This document shows positions 15,917-24,908 of a stretch of DNA of 49,439 bases, in pieces. Position 1 is the stretch's first letter. Every line of letters starts with the position of its first letter. The DNA is from Candidatus Cloacimonadota bacterium (lineage in GTDB: Bacteria > Cloacimonadota > Cloacimonadia > Cloacimonadales > TCS61). The position numbers were made by a program, and so were the translations under genes. Location of the stretch: assembly GCA_030595905.1 (NCBI GenBank), contig JAUVLE010000002.1:1-49439 (forward strand), given 5' to 3'. A model generated the notes under the pieces. The model saw nothing but the letters and a program-made list of their open reading frames with translations. It searched no databases and was not told the origin of the DNA.

Positions 15917-16393
15917 ATGGCTAAAGATAAAATTATATTAAGTGAAATGGATGCCAATTTTAAGAATGAGATCGCATCTATGCCTGGAGCAGAACATTTT
16001 CAAAGATGTTTCACTTGCGGCACCTGCACTGCCGCTTGTCCTGTTGCAGAAGTTCACGAAGATTATGATCCGCGAAAAATAATTAGAATGTGCATTCTGG
16101 GGATGAAAAAGGAGGTATTATCGTCTGACCTTCTATGGATGTGTTCAAGATGTTATACCTGCTATGCACTTTGTCCGCAGGGAGTTAAGTTTTCTGATGT
16201 TATCGATGTTCTGCGTGATATGGCTATCAAAGAAGGTTATGTTCCCAAAGAGCGTTATCAAGAAGCAAGAGAACTGGATAAATTTGTTCAGGAATTACGC
16301 TGCGAATTGATCAATCAGAAATTGCATCCGGATAATAAATTAGATGATAAAATTAAAACTAAGCTGGATAAAGAGATAAAAGTAAAATGGTAG
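15917..16393 (+). CDS. hdrC: HdrC-like 2x[4Fe-4S] protein
   Basis: CFTCGTCTAACP ... WMCSRCYTCYALCP spacing typical of heterodisulfide reductase subunit C. Confidence 0.7.
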   Translation: MAKDKIILSEMDANFKNEIASMPGAEHFQRCFTCGTCTAACPVAEVHEDYDPRKIIRMCILGMKKEVLSSDLLWMCSRCYTCYALCPQGVKFSDVIDVLRDMAIKEGYVPKERYQEARELDKFVQELRCELINQKLHPDNKLDDKIKTKLDKEIKVKW

Positions 16394-16430
16394 AAGATAG
16401 AACATGGATAATGCGGATAAAAAAAATAAA

Positions 16431-16684
16431 CACCGAAAACACCGAGAAACACCGAAAAATGAATATCGAATTTCGAACCCCAGTGAAATAAAAGAAAAAG
16501 AAGATTTCACGGGGCAGGCAAGGAATGATGAATGATGAAGGGAAACACACACCTCCCGGCTAAAGCCGGACTCCTCTCAAGAGGAGATTTTCTCTGTATT
16601 CTTAGTGTTTTCGGTGGTTATTATTTTGTTTGTATTGTTAGTTTTGCCTGCCACGACGAAGCAGAGCGAAGGCGGGTTCGTTGC
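16431..16684. repeat. Nested composite of four repeat families
   Basis: Outer CACCGAAAACACCGAG/CTTAGTGTTTTCGGTG arms enclose the ATGAATATCGAA...ACGGGGCAGGCAAGGAATGATGAATG block (16459-16541) and the 47-nt double hairpin (16548-16594). The 48-nt GC-hairpin repeat follows (16637-16684). Confidence 0.8.
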
Positions 16685-16718
16685 AAAAAAATAAAACCAA
16701 ATAAAAAAGGAGGTTAAA

Positions 16719-16946
16719 ATGCAAGTAGATCAAACTTTAGATTGCAAAGGGCTTTCCTGCCCGATGCCGATCATTAAGTTAGCCAAAACGGTCAAGAAAA
16801 TGAACAGTGGTGAAGTTTTGGAACTTATGGGAACCGATCCCGGTTCTAAAACCGATGTTCCTGCGTGGTGCGAAAAAACAGGCAACATTTTTCTTGATCA
16901 GAAAGAAGAAGGTGGCGCATTCATTTTTTACATCAAAAAGAAGTAA
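16719..16946 (+). CDS. tusA: TusA-family sulfurtransferase
   Basis: LDCKGLSCPMPIIK CPxP motif. Immediately upstream of a YeeE/YedE-type permease. Confidence 0.85.
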   Translation: MQVDQTLDCKGLSCPMPIIKLAKTVKKMNSGEVLELMGTDPGSKTDVPAWCEKTGNIFLDQKEEGGAFIFYIKKK

Positions 16947-16959
16947 AAAGGAGTGAACA

Positions 16960-18177
16960 GTGTTTAAAAAAGGAGTTTTAAAAGAATTATTCGATGGTTT
17001 GTTCGGTAAAACCTGGCCTATGTGGGTTGGTGGGATTTTGCTGGCAGTATTGAATATTCTTCTTTTCGTAATTAAATACCCCTGGGGTGGTAGCGGAGGC
17101 TATATTAATATTGGTCAGAACCTTTTCCAGACTCTCGGAGCAAAAAGTCTCGGAACAGGCACACCGATTAGTCTGCACACAGTTGCATTACTGAATATCT
17201 TCATCGTCCTTGGAGCGTTTATTTCATCTTTGTTTTCCAAAGAATTCAGTATTAAAGTAGCTCCAATTGGGGAACTCGTTAAAGGTCTTATTGGTGGTGC
17301 ATTGATGGGAATTGGTGCAACTGTAGGGATTGGTTGTACTATAGGAGGTTTCTTTTCTGGAGTTCCCGCACTTTCCGGAGGAGCTTTGTTCCTTTCTCTT
17401 GGATTTATGCTGGGAACTTTTGTAGCTCTCAGATATCTTCTTTGGGAGATGGAAGCACTTCCCAAAATCAGTATGGGAAAATCTTGCACATTAATTCCGG
17501 GAACCGGTAAAAAAACAGGTTGGCAAAGATGGCTCGGCTGGATCCTTATTGCTGTTGTGTTGTATATCTTTAGTAATTATACAGCCAAGGGAACAGCTCT
17601 TTCAAAAATTCTCGGCTGGCACATATTTATTGCACTTATTCTTGGAATAATCCTGCAAAGATCACGTTATTGTATTACTCGTGCTTTTAGAGAACCGTTT
17701 ATGACAGGTGAAGCAACGGCTCCGGTGGCAATAATTATCAGCGTTCTGGTTGTTCTTATCGGTTTTACTGTTCTTAAGTTTTTTGGTGTAGGAAATGCCG
17801 GAGAAACTGCAGTTCGAGCCATTGAAATGAAATCTGTTTATGCTAACTTCTGGTTAAGAGCTTTAATTGGCGGATTCATATTTGGCTTGGGAATGACCGT
17901 TGCAGGTGGCTGTGCAGTTGGAACACTCTGGCGTGCAGGAGAAGGTCATGTAAAACTATGGATGTCCGCACTTGGATTCACGATTATGGCACCTATTTCC
18001 AAGACATTCATTGTTCCATGGATTACAAAAATCATTCCAGAATCTCTGCGCAGTAAATTGTTTCTACCCGATGTTTTAGGTTATACCGGTGCAGTGGTTC
18101 TCATCCTGGTAATACTTCTGCTGTGGTATATGTTCGTGAAATGGAATGAAAAAACCGGAAAATTTTCCGCATTATAA
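16960..18177 (+). CDS. yeeE: YeeE/YedE-family sulfur-compound (thiosulfate-type) transporter
   Basis: Polytopic membrane protein with two repeated halves, each carrying GxGCxxG-type motifs (GIGCTIGG, AGGCAVGT). GTG start 6 nt after AAAGGAG. Confidence 0.7.
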   Translation: MFKKGVLKELFDGLFGKTWPMWVGGILLAVLNILLFVIKYPWGGSGGYINIGQNLFQTLGAKSLGTGTPISLHTVALLNIFIVLGAFISSLFSKEFSIKVAPIGELVKGLIGGALMGIGATVGIGCTIGGFFSGVPALSGGALFLSLGFMLGTFVALRYLLWEMEALPKISMGKSCTLIPGTGKKTGWQRWLGWILIAVVLYIFSNYTAKGTALSKILGWHIFIALILGIILQRSRYCITRAFREPFMTGEATAPVAIIISVLVVLIGFTVLKFFGVGNAGETAVRAIEMKSVYANFWLRALIGGFIFGLGMTVAGGCAVGTLWRAGEGHVKLWMSALGFTIMAPISKTFIVPWITKIIPESLRSKLFLPDVLGYTGAVVLILVILLLWYMFVKWNEKTGKFSAL

Positions 18178-18190
18178 AAAAGGAGGAGAA

Positions 18191-18730
18191 ATGAAAAAAA
18201 TAAATTATCTGATTATTCTTTCTGCGATCCTTCTTCTTGTCTCAAGTTGCGGAAAAGGATTTTCTGAAGGCGGATATTTTGCCAATGCAAAAGCAATGGT
18301 GAATGAAGCCAGAAAAGGCATCGAAGAAATTTCTTATGATGAATTGATCCGGAAAATGAAAAGTGGTGAATCAAAGTTCATAATAGATGTTCGAGAACCG
18401 GGTGAATTTGCAGAAGGATACATAAATCAGCCGGATGAAAACGACAAAAAAGAATATCCCGATGTAGTGACGAAAAACATTCCAAGGGGTTTATTGGAAT
18501 TTAAAATAGCCGATATAACTTTTTGGAAAAATCGCAAAAATATGCCGTCTAAAGATGATGAAATAATTATCTATTGTAAAAAAGGCGGAAGAGGAGCTTT
18601 AGCCACGGAAACCTTGATGAAACTTGGCTATAAAAATGTTCAAAACCTGAAAGGCGGTTATAAAAAATGGCTTAATCCAAATGCTTCAGAGGAAGATGAT
18701 ACTCCTGCAGAATCAGGCGGATGCGGCTAA
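18191..18730 (+). CDS. Rhodanese-domain lipoprotein
   Basis: Lipobox LLVSSC. Rhodanese active-site loop CKKGGRG. AGGAGG RBS before ATG 18191; a start at 18146 would overlap yeeE. Confidence 0.75.
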   Translation: MKKINYLIILSAILLLVSSCGKGFSEGGYFANAKAMVNEARKGIEEISYDELIRKMKSGESKFIIDVREPGEFAEGYINQPDENDKKEYPDVVTKNIPRGLLEFKIADITFWKNRKNMPSKDDEIIIYCKKGGRGALATETLMKLGYKNVQNLKGGYKKWLNPNASEEDDTPAESGGCG

Positions 18731-18749
18731 AAAAAAGGAGAAAAACATA

Positions 18750-18912
18750 GCAACTAACCCGAAACATATTTAAAAGAAGTTTCAATTAAGAAATTAAATA
18801 TGATGGGCAGGCAAGAACTAACATAACGAACTAAGAAAAATAAATTGTTTATCTTGTTCGTATTGCTTGTCGTGGCGTATCCGGCAACTGCCGGAGGAGA
18901 CTGGTTCGTTGC
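18750..18912. repeat. Degenerate IVS-like element copy
   Basis: GCAACTAACCC...GATGGGCAGGCAAG...CCGGCAACTGCCGG hairpin...GTTCGTTGC (18904-18912). Confidence 0.55.
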
Positions 18913-18929
18913 ATAAAAGGAGAAAATAG

Positions 18930-19865
18930 ATGAAAAAAAAATGGATGAAAAACTTAATAGTACTATCTATTATAGTTTTAGTCTTTGCAGGTTGTGCAAA
19001 AAAGAATGATCTTGATACATTATTAACTTACATGGATAGCAATGGAATGACAGTAAAAGAACTGTTCGATGGATGGATCATAAAAGCAGAAGATGTTCAC
19101 GATAACATGGCAAATTATTACTTAATGGATCTTCGTGGAAAAGATAAGAACAAAAACGAAATTATCGATTATGATGACGGTCATATTGCCGGAGCTGTTT
19201 TAACTTCTTTCTCTACAATTCTTAACGATGCTGAGAAAGCGGGAGAAAAAACGATCGTGGTTATATGCTACACAGGACAAACAGCCGGCCATGCTGTAAT
19301 GGCACTCAGACTTTCCGGATATGACGATGCTAAAGTACTTAAATGGGGTATGAGCGGATGGAACGGCGATTTTGATATATGGACAAAAAATTGCGGTCAA
19401 ATTGAAAGTGAAAACTGGGTTGCTGAACCTGTGGCAGAAAATATTGCATTTAAGTATATTCAACTGGAATGTGATGCAACGGAAGGTAAGGAAATGCTTA
19501 CCGAACGCGTTGGCGTTATGCTGAATGGCGGGTTTAAAGGAATAGGTGCGGACAAAGTTCTTAATAATCCTGCAAATTATTTTGTTAATAATTATTGGGG
19601 TGAAGAAGATGTTGATAAATATGGACACATCGACACTGCTTACAGGATAAAACCATTAGATGTACAAAATATAGGTTCTGATAAAACCATTGTAACTTAT
19701 TGCTGGACAGGACAGACTTCTTCTATGGTTACAGCTTATCTAACTGTTCTTGGTTATGATGCAGCAAGTCTTAAATATGGCGTGAACAGCATCATTTATG
19801 ATATGCTTGAATCTCATAAATGGGCTGCTTCAAAAGATTATGATTACGAAGTAACAGAAAAGTAA
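18930..19865 (+). CDS. Tandem-rhodanese-domain lipoprotein
   Basis: Lipobox VFAGC. Two rhodanese loops: CYTGQTAG and CWTGQTSS. Confidence 0.7.
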   Translation: MKKKWMKNLIVLSIIVLVFAGCAKKNDLDTLLTYMDSNGMTVKELFDGWIIKAEDVHDNMANYYLMDLRGKDKNKNEIIDYDDGHIAGAVLTSFSTILNDAEKAGEKTIVVICYTGQTAGHAVMALRLSGYDDAKVLKWGMSGWNGDFDIWTKNCGQIESENWVAEPVAENIAFKYIQLECDATEGKEMLTERVGVMLNGGFKGIGADKVLNNPANYFVNNYWGEEDVDKYGHIDTAYRIKPLDVQNIGSDKTIVTYCWTGQTSSMVTAYLTVLGYDAASLKYGVNSIIYDMLESHKWAASKDYDYEVTEK

Positions 19866-19883
19866 ATAAGATTAAATAATTAT

Positions 19884-19915
19884 CAGGGAGCTAAACCTGG
19901 CTCCCTGGTATTTTA
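19884..19915 (+). terminator. Putative Rho-independent terminator
   Basis: CAGGGAGC-8 nt-GCTCCCTG followed by GTATTTT. Confidence 0.55.
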
Positions 19916-19935
19916 TCAGATTTTCAGGAGGATAG

Positions 19936-21060
19936 ATGAAATCAAAAAAAGAATTAAGTTTTGAAAATCTACTCGATGAAGTTATTCATAAAGATCTATG
20001 TAACAAGTGTGGTGGCTGTGTTTCATTCTGCAGCGCAAATGGAATTAGCGCGCTGGAAATGGGAGAGGATGGTTTTCCCAGGTATGCCGATAAAGACAAA
20101 TGCCTGGAAGGTGGAATTTGTTACCTTATCTGCCCTCAAACTGTAAGCTTGGAAGAAGAATTAAAAAATAAATTTAATTGGAAATATCCAATTGGAAACT
20201 GGATAGATGTTTTTTCTGCTCGCTCTACTGATAATGAGGTCTTGAATGTTGCCACTGATGGAGGTGTGGTTACTTCGCTGTTAACATATCTTCTGGAAAG
20301 CAAAATAATAGATGGAGCGATAGTTTCTAAGAGAGTAGGAGTTTGTGGCAGGGAACCAATAATTGCGAAATCTCGGGCAGATTTGATCCAGGCTGCAGGT
20401 TCCAGTTTTGCAGAAACTGAACATCTGGATGAGCTGGGAAACATCTATTCTTCATGTTTTCCTGTAATTAAAATAATAAAAGAAGCTACCTCAAAAGTTA
20501 CTAAAAAATTGGCTCTTGTCGGCACGCCCTGTCAGATAAGAGCAATTCGCAAAATGCAAGTTCTGAATATTATTCCTGCTGATATGGTCATCTTTACAAT
20601 TGGGCTTTTCTGTTTGCAGTGTTTTACACTCAACGATCTGGAAAAAAAAGATTTCATAAAAAAGCTTAATATTAATATAGATGATATTCGAAAGGTAAAT
20701 ATAAAAGATAAACTGATACTGAATATGAAATCGGGTATCAATATACATATACCATTGGAAGAAATTGAGAAAATTGCACGACCTGCTTGTATTGCCTGTA
20801 CGGATTTTGCTAATGATTTTGCAGATATCTCTGTAGGTGGTATCGGTTCTGATGAAGGCTTCACAACAGTTTTGATCAGAAATTCTTTGGGCAGGCAGAT
20901 ATATTCCGAAGCTATGTACCAGGGCTATATTGAAAATAAATATTATCCATGTCCTAATGGTAGAAAAACAAGAGAAGAAGAATTGGCATATATTATTAAA
21001 GATTATGCAATAAGGAAAAAAATAAGAGCAGAGAAGAAATTGGATTCTCTTAAAAAATAA
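19936..21060 (+). CDS. FrhB/FdhB-family (F420 hydrogenase/dehydrogenase beta-like) flavo-Fe-S protein
   Basis: N-terminal CNKCGGCVSFC...CLEGGICYLICP and LALVGTPCQIRAIRK motif. Confidence 0.65.
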   Translation: MKSKKELSFENLLDEVIHKDLCNKCGGCVSFCSANGISALEMGEDGFPRYADKDKCLEGGICYLICPQTVSLEEELKNKFNWKYPIGNWIDVFSARSTDNEVLNVATDGGVVTSLLTYLLESKIIDGAIVSKRVGVCGREPIIAKSRADLIQAAGSSFAETEHLDELGNIYSSCFPVIKIIKEATSKVTKKLALVGTPCQIRAIRKMQVLNIIPADMVIFTIGLFCLQCFTLNDLEKKDFIKKLNINIDDIRKVNIKDKLILNMKSGINIHIPLEEIEKIARPACIACTDFANDFADISVGGIGSDEGFTTVLIRNSLGRQIYSEAMYQGYIENKYYPCPNGRKTREEELAYIIKDYAIRKKIRAEKKLDSLKK

Positions 21061-21095
21061 ATAAATGGAATCATAATATCAAGGAGCTTTAATAA

Positions 21096-21983
21096 ATGGG
21101 AAATAAAAAAGTTGGTTCTGTACTGGTCGTAGGTGCAGGAATTGCAGGAATTCAATCTTCACTCGATCTGGCGAATTCCGGGTTTAAAGTTTATCTTCTC
21201 GAACAAACGCCGGCTATCGGCGGTGTTATGGCTCAATTAGATAAAACATTTCCCACAAATGATTGTGCGATGTGTATTGTATCGCCAAAATTAGTGGATT
21301 GCGGGAGACATCCGAATATTGAGATCATCACAAATGCCGAACTGGGAAAAGTGGTTGGTGAGGCTGGAAATTTCAAGGTTGTAGTAAAGAAAAAACCCAG
21401 ATATGTGGATGAAGATAAATGTACCGGTTGTGCAGCTTGTACTCAAAATTGTCCTGTATCAATTGCGCTTTATCCTGTTGAAAAAATATATATAAAATTA
21501 AAGGATGAAGACCTCAGAAGAGTTAAACCCATTTTGGAGAAGTATCGTGATCAGAAAGGTAATTTGTTGCCGATTCTTCAGCAGATAAACAAAGAATTCC
21601 GTTACCTTCCCGAAGATATTTTGAGATATGTATCTGATGAACTAAATGTACATCTTGCAGATATTTATAATATTGTTACTTTTTATAATGCTTTCAATCT
21701 TGAACCACGAGGAAAACATATCGTAACCGTTTGCATTGGAACTGCTTGCCATGTTCAAGGAGCTCCGGGACTTATAGAAGCTCTCGAAGATGAACTGGGT
21801 ATAAAGGTGGGAGAAACTTCAAAAGATATGAGTTTCACTCTGGAAACTGCCCGTTGTTTCGGTTGCTGCGGATTGGCTCCCGTGATCACGGTTAATGAAG
21901 ATGTACACGGAAAATTGAAACGAGCAGATATTCCCAGAATTGTTAAACATTATAAATCTATGGAGGAAAAACAGGATGCCTAA
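21096..21983 (+). CDS. Fusion: HdrA N-terminal FAD-binding segment (about 120 aa) + NuoE/HndA-type [2Fe-2S] domain
   Basis: Residues 1-121 parallel the first 121 residues of HdrA 8231 ([37 protein letters not shown]). The remainder is NuoE-like ([18 protein letters not shown]...[10 protein letters not shown]). Confidence 0.75.
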   Translation: MGNKKVGSVLVVGAGIAGIQSSLDLANSGFKVYLLEQTPAIGGVMAQLDKTFPTNDCAMCIVSPKLVDCGRHPNIEIITNAELGKVVGEAGNFKVVVKKKPRYVDEDKCTGCAACTQNCPVSIALYPVEKIYIKLKDEDLRRVKPILEKYRDQKGNLLPILQQINKEFRYLPEDILRYVSDELNVHLADIYNIVTFYNAFNLEPRGKHIVTVCIGTACHVQGAPGLIEALEDELGIKVGETSKDMSFTLETARCFGCCGLAPVITVNEDVHGKLKRADIPRIVKHYKSMEEKQDA

Positions 21984-22359
21984 ATTAAATATTAAAGACC
22001 TCGAAGAAATAAGAAAAAAGGTTAGAAAAGCAGCGCTTCTGCGCGAGGGAATTTCTAATGCAAAGATAACCGTTCATATGGGAACCTGCGGTATAGCTGC
22101 CGGAGCAAGACCAATTATGAATGCTCTTATCAAAATAGTCGAAGAATCCGGGCGGGACGATGTGATCGTAACAACTTCCGGATGTGCCGGACTTTGCAGC
22201 CGAGAACCAATGGCTACAGTAGAACTAAAAGGGGAAACCCCTGTGAAATATGGTGATCTGACCGAAGATAAAATAAAAAAAATATTTTCAGAGCATGTAC
22301 TTAAAGGAAAGATCGTAGAAGAATATGCCCTTGTAATAGGAAGTGAGAGGGAACCCTAA
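21976..22359 (+). CDS. HndB-like thioredoxin-fold [2Fe-2S] ferredoxin
   Basis: [12 protein letters not shown]...[19 protein letters not shown] before ATG 21976; overlaps the upstream stop. Confidence 0.65.
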   Translation: MPKLNIKDLEEIRKKVRKAALLREGISNAKITVHMGTCGIAAGARPIMNALIKIVEESGRDDVIVTTSGCAGLCSREPMATVELKGETPVKYGDLTEDKIKKIFSEHVLKGKIVEEYALVIGSEREP

Positions 22360-22397
22360 AAATGGATATCTTTTTAAGAATTGAGATTAGTTAAAAT

Positions 22398-22698
22398 AAT
22401 ATCCCCCGAACAGTCGCAAGCTCTCTACGGGGCAGGCAATATCGAACCCAGTGTAATAAAAAAAAGAAGATTACACGGGACAGGCACAGAATATCCAATG
22501 ATGAAGGAAAAAAATGAAAGAGAAGAATACGGAAACTAATCAGAAGAAGTTTGATTTGCAGGAACGATTTATTGATTGGTTTCTACTCATTCCTAAATCA
22601 CATTTGGGAATGCAATAATGGGAAAAAAGTATAAGGAAAATGGAGCGATAGCGACAAAAAAACTTGGATATTCCCTGTTGAGTATTGGATATTCAGAT
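22398..22698. repeat. Decayed copy of the four-helix-bundle cassette
   Basis: The 22398-22447 block matches 2870-2919. Perfect 11-bp inverted termini GAATATCCAAT (22489-22499) and ATTGGATATTC (22684-22694) bracket a truncated ORF. Confidence 0.7.
22514..22618 (+). pseudogene. Truncated four-helix-bundle protein gene
   Basis: MKEKNTETNQKKFDLQERFIDW matches the N-terminus MSKERKFDLQDRLIDY of 2932..3312, then diverges and stops after 34 codons. Confidence 0.65.
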
Positions 22699-22748
22699 TT
22701 TTTTATGTTTTTTATGTTGATCCAGTTAAAATATAAAAAGGAATCAAT

Positions 22749-24539
22749 ATGGCTTATAGAACTCATTTAATGGTATGTACCGGCACGGCTTGTGTTTCGT
22801 GTGGTGCTTTTAATATCAAGAAACTGTTAGAAGAAGAAATAAAAAAGCAGAAATTAGATAAAGAAATTCTGGTCGTTGGTACAGGTTGTCAGGGATTCTG
22901 TGCTCAGGGTCCTATTGTTGTAGTTCAACCGGATGATATTTTTTATCAATTGCTTTCTCCGGAAGATATTCCTTTCCTGGTAGAAGAACACTTTCTGAAA
23001 GGAAGACCTGTTAAAAAAATGATGTACACTCCACCCGGTGAAAAGATTCAAATTCCTACTGTTAGTGAAATTGGATTTTTCAGTAAACAGCGGTTGATCG
23101 CTCTCAGGAATAAGGGATTGATAGATGCCGAAAAGATCGATGATTATATTGGCAGGGACGGATATAATGCACTGATAAAAGTTTTAACATCGATGAGTTC
23201 CGAAGATATAATAAAAGAGATAAAGAATTCCGGGTTAAGAGGTCGAGGCGGCGGAGGTTTCCCAACAGGTTTGAAGTGGGATATCTGTAAAAATTCAAAA
23301 GGCGAACCCAAGTATATAATATGCAATGCCGACGAAGGTGATCCCGGTGCATACATGGATAGAAGTATCGTCGAATCCGATCCGCATGCAGTTATCGAAG
23401 GAATGCTGATAGGAGCAAAAGCAATAGGTGCACAGCAGGGATTTGTCTATATCAGAACGGAATATCCGCTTGCTATTCATAGATTGGAAGTTGCGATCGA
23501 GCAGGCACAAGAATATGGATTATTGGGAAAAGACATCCTTGGCAAGGGTTTTGATTTTGATCTTGAGATCAAACAAGGTGCAGGTGCTTTTGTCTGCGGA
23601 GAAGAAACATCCCTGATCCATTCGATTGAAGGAATATCACCCGAACCAAGTCAGAGACCTCCATTTCCAGCAGAATCCGGATTATGGGGAAAGCCGACTA
23701 ATATCAATAATGTGGAAACCTGGGCTAATGTTCCCAGAATAATTCTGCGTGGTGCAGATTGGTTTGCAGGTATTGGTACGGAGAAAAGCAAAGGAACAAA
23801 AGTTTTTTCTCTTGTGGGAAAAATAAATAATACAGGTTTGGTGGAAGTACCTATGGGAATCACTCTCAAAGAGATCATTTATGATATTGGCGGCGGAGTT
23901 CCCGGCGGGAAAAAATTTAAAGGTGTTCAAATCGGTGGTCCATCCGGAGGAGTTGTTCCTGCTTCTTTAATCGATCTGCCTGTCGATTATGAAAAATTAA
24001 CCGAAGTTGGTTCTATGATGGGCTCCGGGGGAATGGTGGTAGTTGATGAAGATACCTGCATGGTAGATCTTGCCAGATATTTCCTGGAATTTACCAGTGA
24101 TGAAAGTTGTGGAAAATGTGCAAGCTGTCGGGAAGGCAGTTCTGCAATGCTTGAAATTCTTACAAGAATAACAGAAGGAAAGGGGAAAGAAGGTGACATT
24201 GAATTCCTGGAAGAACTGGGATACGCAATAAAAGATGCTTCTCAATGTGGTCTGGGGCAAACACTTCCCAATCCGGTTCTTTCAACGATCGATAATTTCA
24301 GAGATGAATACGAAGCTCATATAAAAAATAAAAAATGTCCGGCTCATGTTTGCAAAGCATTAATTAGTTTTCATATCGACCCTGATAAATGTACCGGTTG
24401 TACAGTTTGTGCAATAAAATGTCCGGCTGATGCTATCTCCGGTAATCGCAAGGAACCTCATATTATCGATCAGGATAAATGTATTAAATGTGGTATTTGT
24501 TACACTGTTTGTAAATTTGATTCAGTGAAAGTGGAGTGA
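22749..24539 (+). CDS. NuoF/HndC/HydB-type NAD(P)H-binding FMN Fe-S subunit
   Basis: GLRGRGGGGFPTGLKW, ESCGKCASCREG, N-terminal thioredoxin-like 2Fe-2S domain, C-terminal CTGCTVCAIKCP/CIKCGICYTVC. Confidence 0.85.
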   Translation: MAYRTHLMVCTGTACVSCGAFNIKKLLEEEIKKQKLDKEILVVGTGCQGFCAQGPIVVVQPDDIFYQLLSPEDIPFLVEEHFLKGRPVKKMMYTPPGEKIQIPTVSEIGFFSKQRLIALRNKGLIDAEKIDDYIGRDGYNALIKVLTSMSSEDIIKEIKNSGLRGRGGGGFPTGLKWDICKNSKGEPKYIICNADEGDPGAYMDRSIVESDPHAVIEGMLIGAKAIGAQQGFVYIRTEYPLAIHRLEVAIEQAQEYGLLGKDILGKGFDFDLEIKQGAGAFVCGEETSLIHSIEGISPEPSQRPPFPAESGLWGKPTNINNVETWANVPRIILRGADWFAGIGTEKSKGTKVFSLVGKINNTGLVEVPMGITLKEIIYDIGGGVPGGKKFKGVQIGGPSGGVVPASLIDLPVDYEKLTEVGSMMGSGGMVVVDEDTCMVDLARYFLEFTSDESCGKCASCREGSSAMLEILTRITEGKGKEGDIEFLEELGYAIKDASQCGLGQTLPNPVLSTIDNFRDEYEAHIKNKKCPAHVCKALISFHIDPDKCTGCTVCAIKCPADAISGNRKEPHIIDQDKCIKCGICYTVCKFDSVKVE

Positions 24540-24543
24540 TCTT

Positions 24544-24906
24544 ATGAAGCTTATGGAAATAGAAGAAATACTTGAAGCAGAAGTTCTTACAGGAGAATAC
24601 GATCCTGAAATAGAAATAGAAATAGGTTGTTCATCAGATTTAATGAGTGAAGTTTTGGCTTATGGTGAACCATGTTCTATTCTCTTAACAGGCTTAACAA
24701 ATATCCAGGTTATCAATACTGCTAATGTAGCTGATATAAAACTAGTATGTTTTGTTATGGGAAAAATACCTGATGAAAAGATCATAAACTTAGCGAAAAA
24801 GAATGATATAACTGTATTTATAACAAAACTTACAACGTTTGAGAGTTGTGGGCGGTTGTATAAAAATGGGCTTAAGAGCTGTAGTTATTTTGATCTCGAT
24901 AAATAA
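24544..24906 (+). CDS. DRTGG-domain protein
   Basis: 120 aa. SDLMSEVL...LLTGLTN...VFITKLTTFESCGRLY pattern typical of the small DRTGG proteins found in HydABC/Hnd-type operons. Confidence 0.6.
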   Translation: MKLMEIEEILEAEVLTGEYDPEIEIEIGCSSDLMSEVLAYGEPCSILLTGLTNIQVINTANVADIKLVCFVMGKIPDEKIINLAKKNDITVFITKLTTFESCGRLYKNGLKSCSYFDLDK

Positions 24907-24908
24907 AA

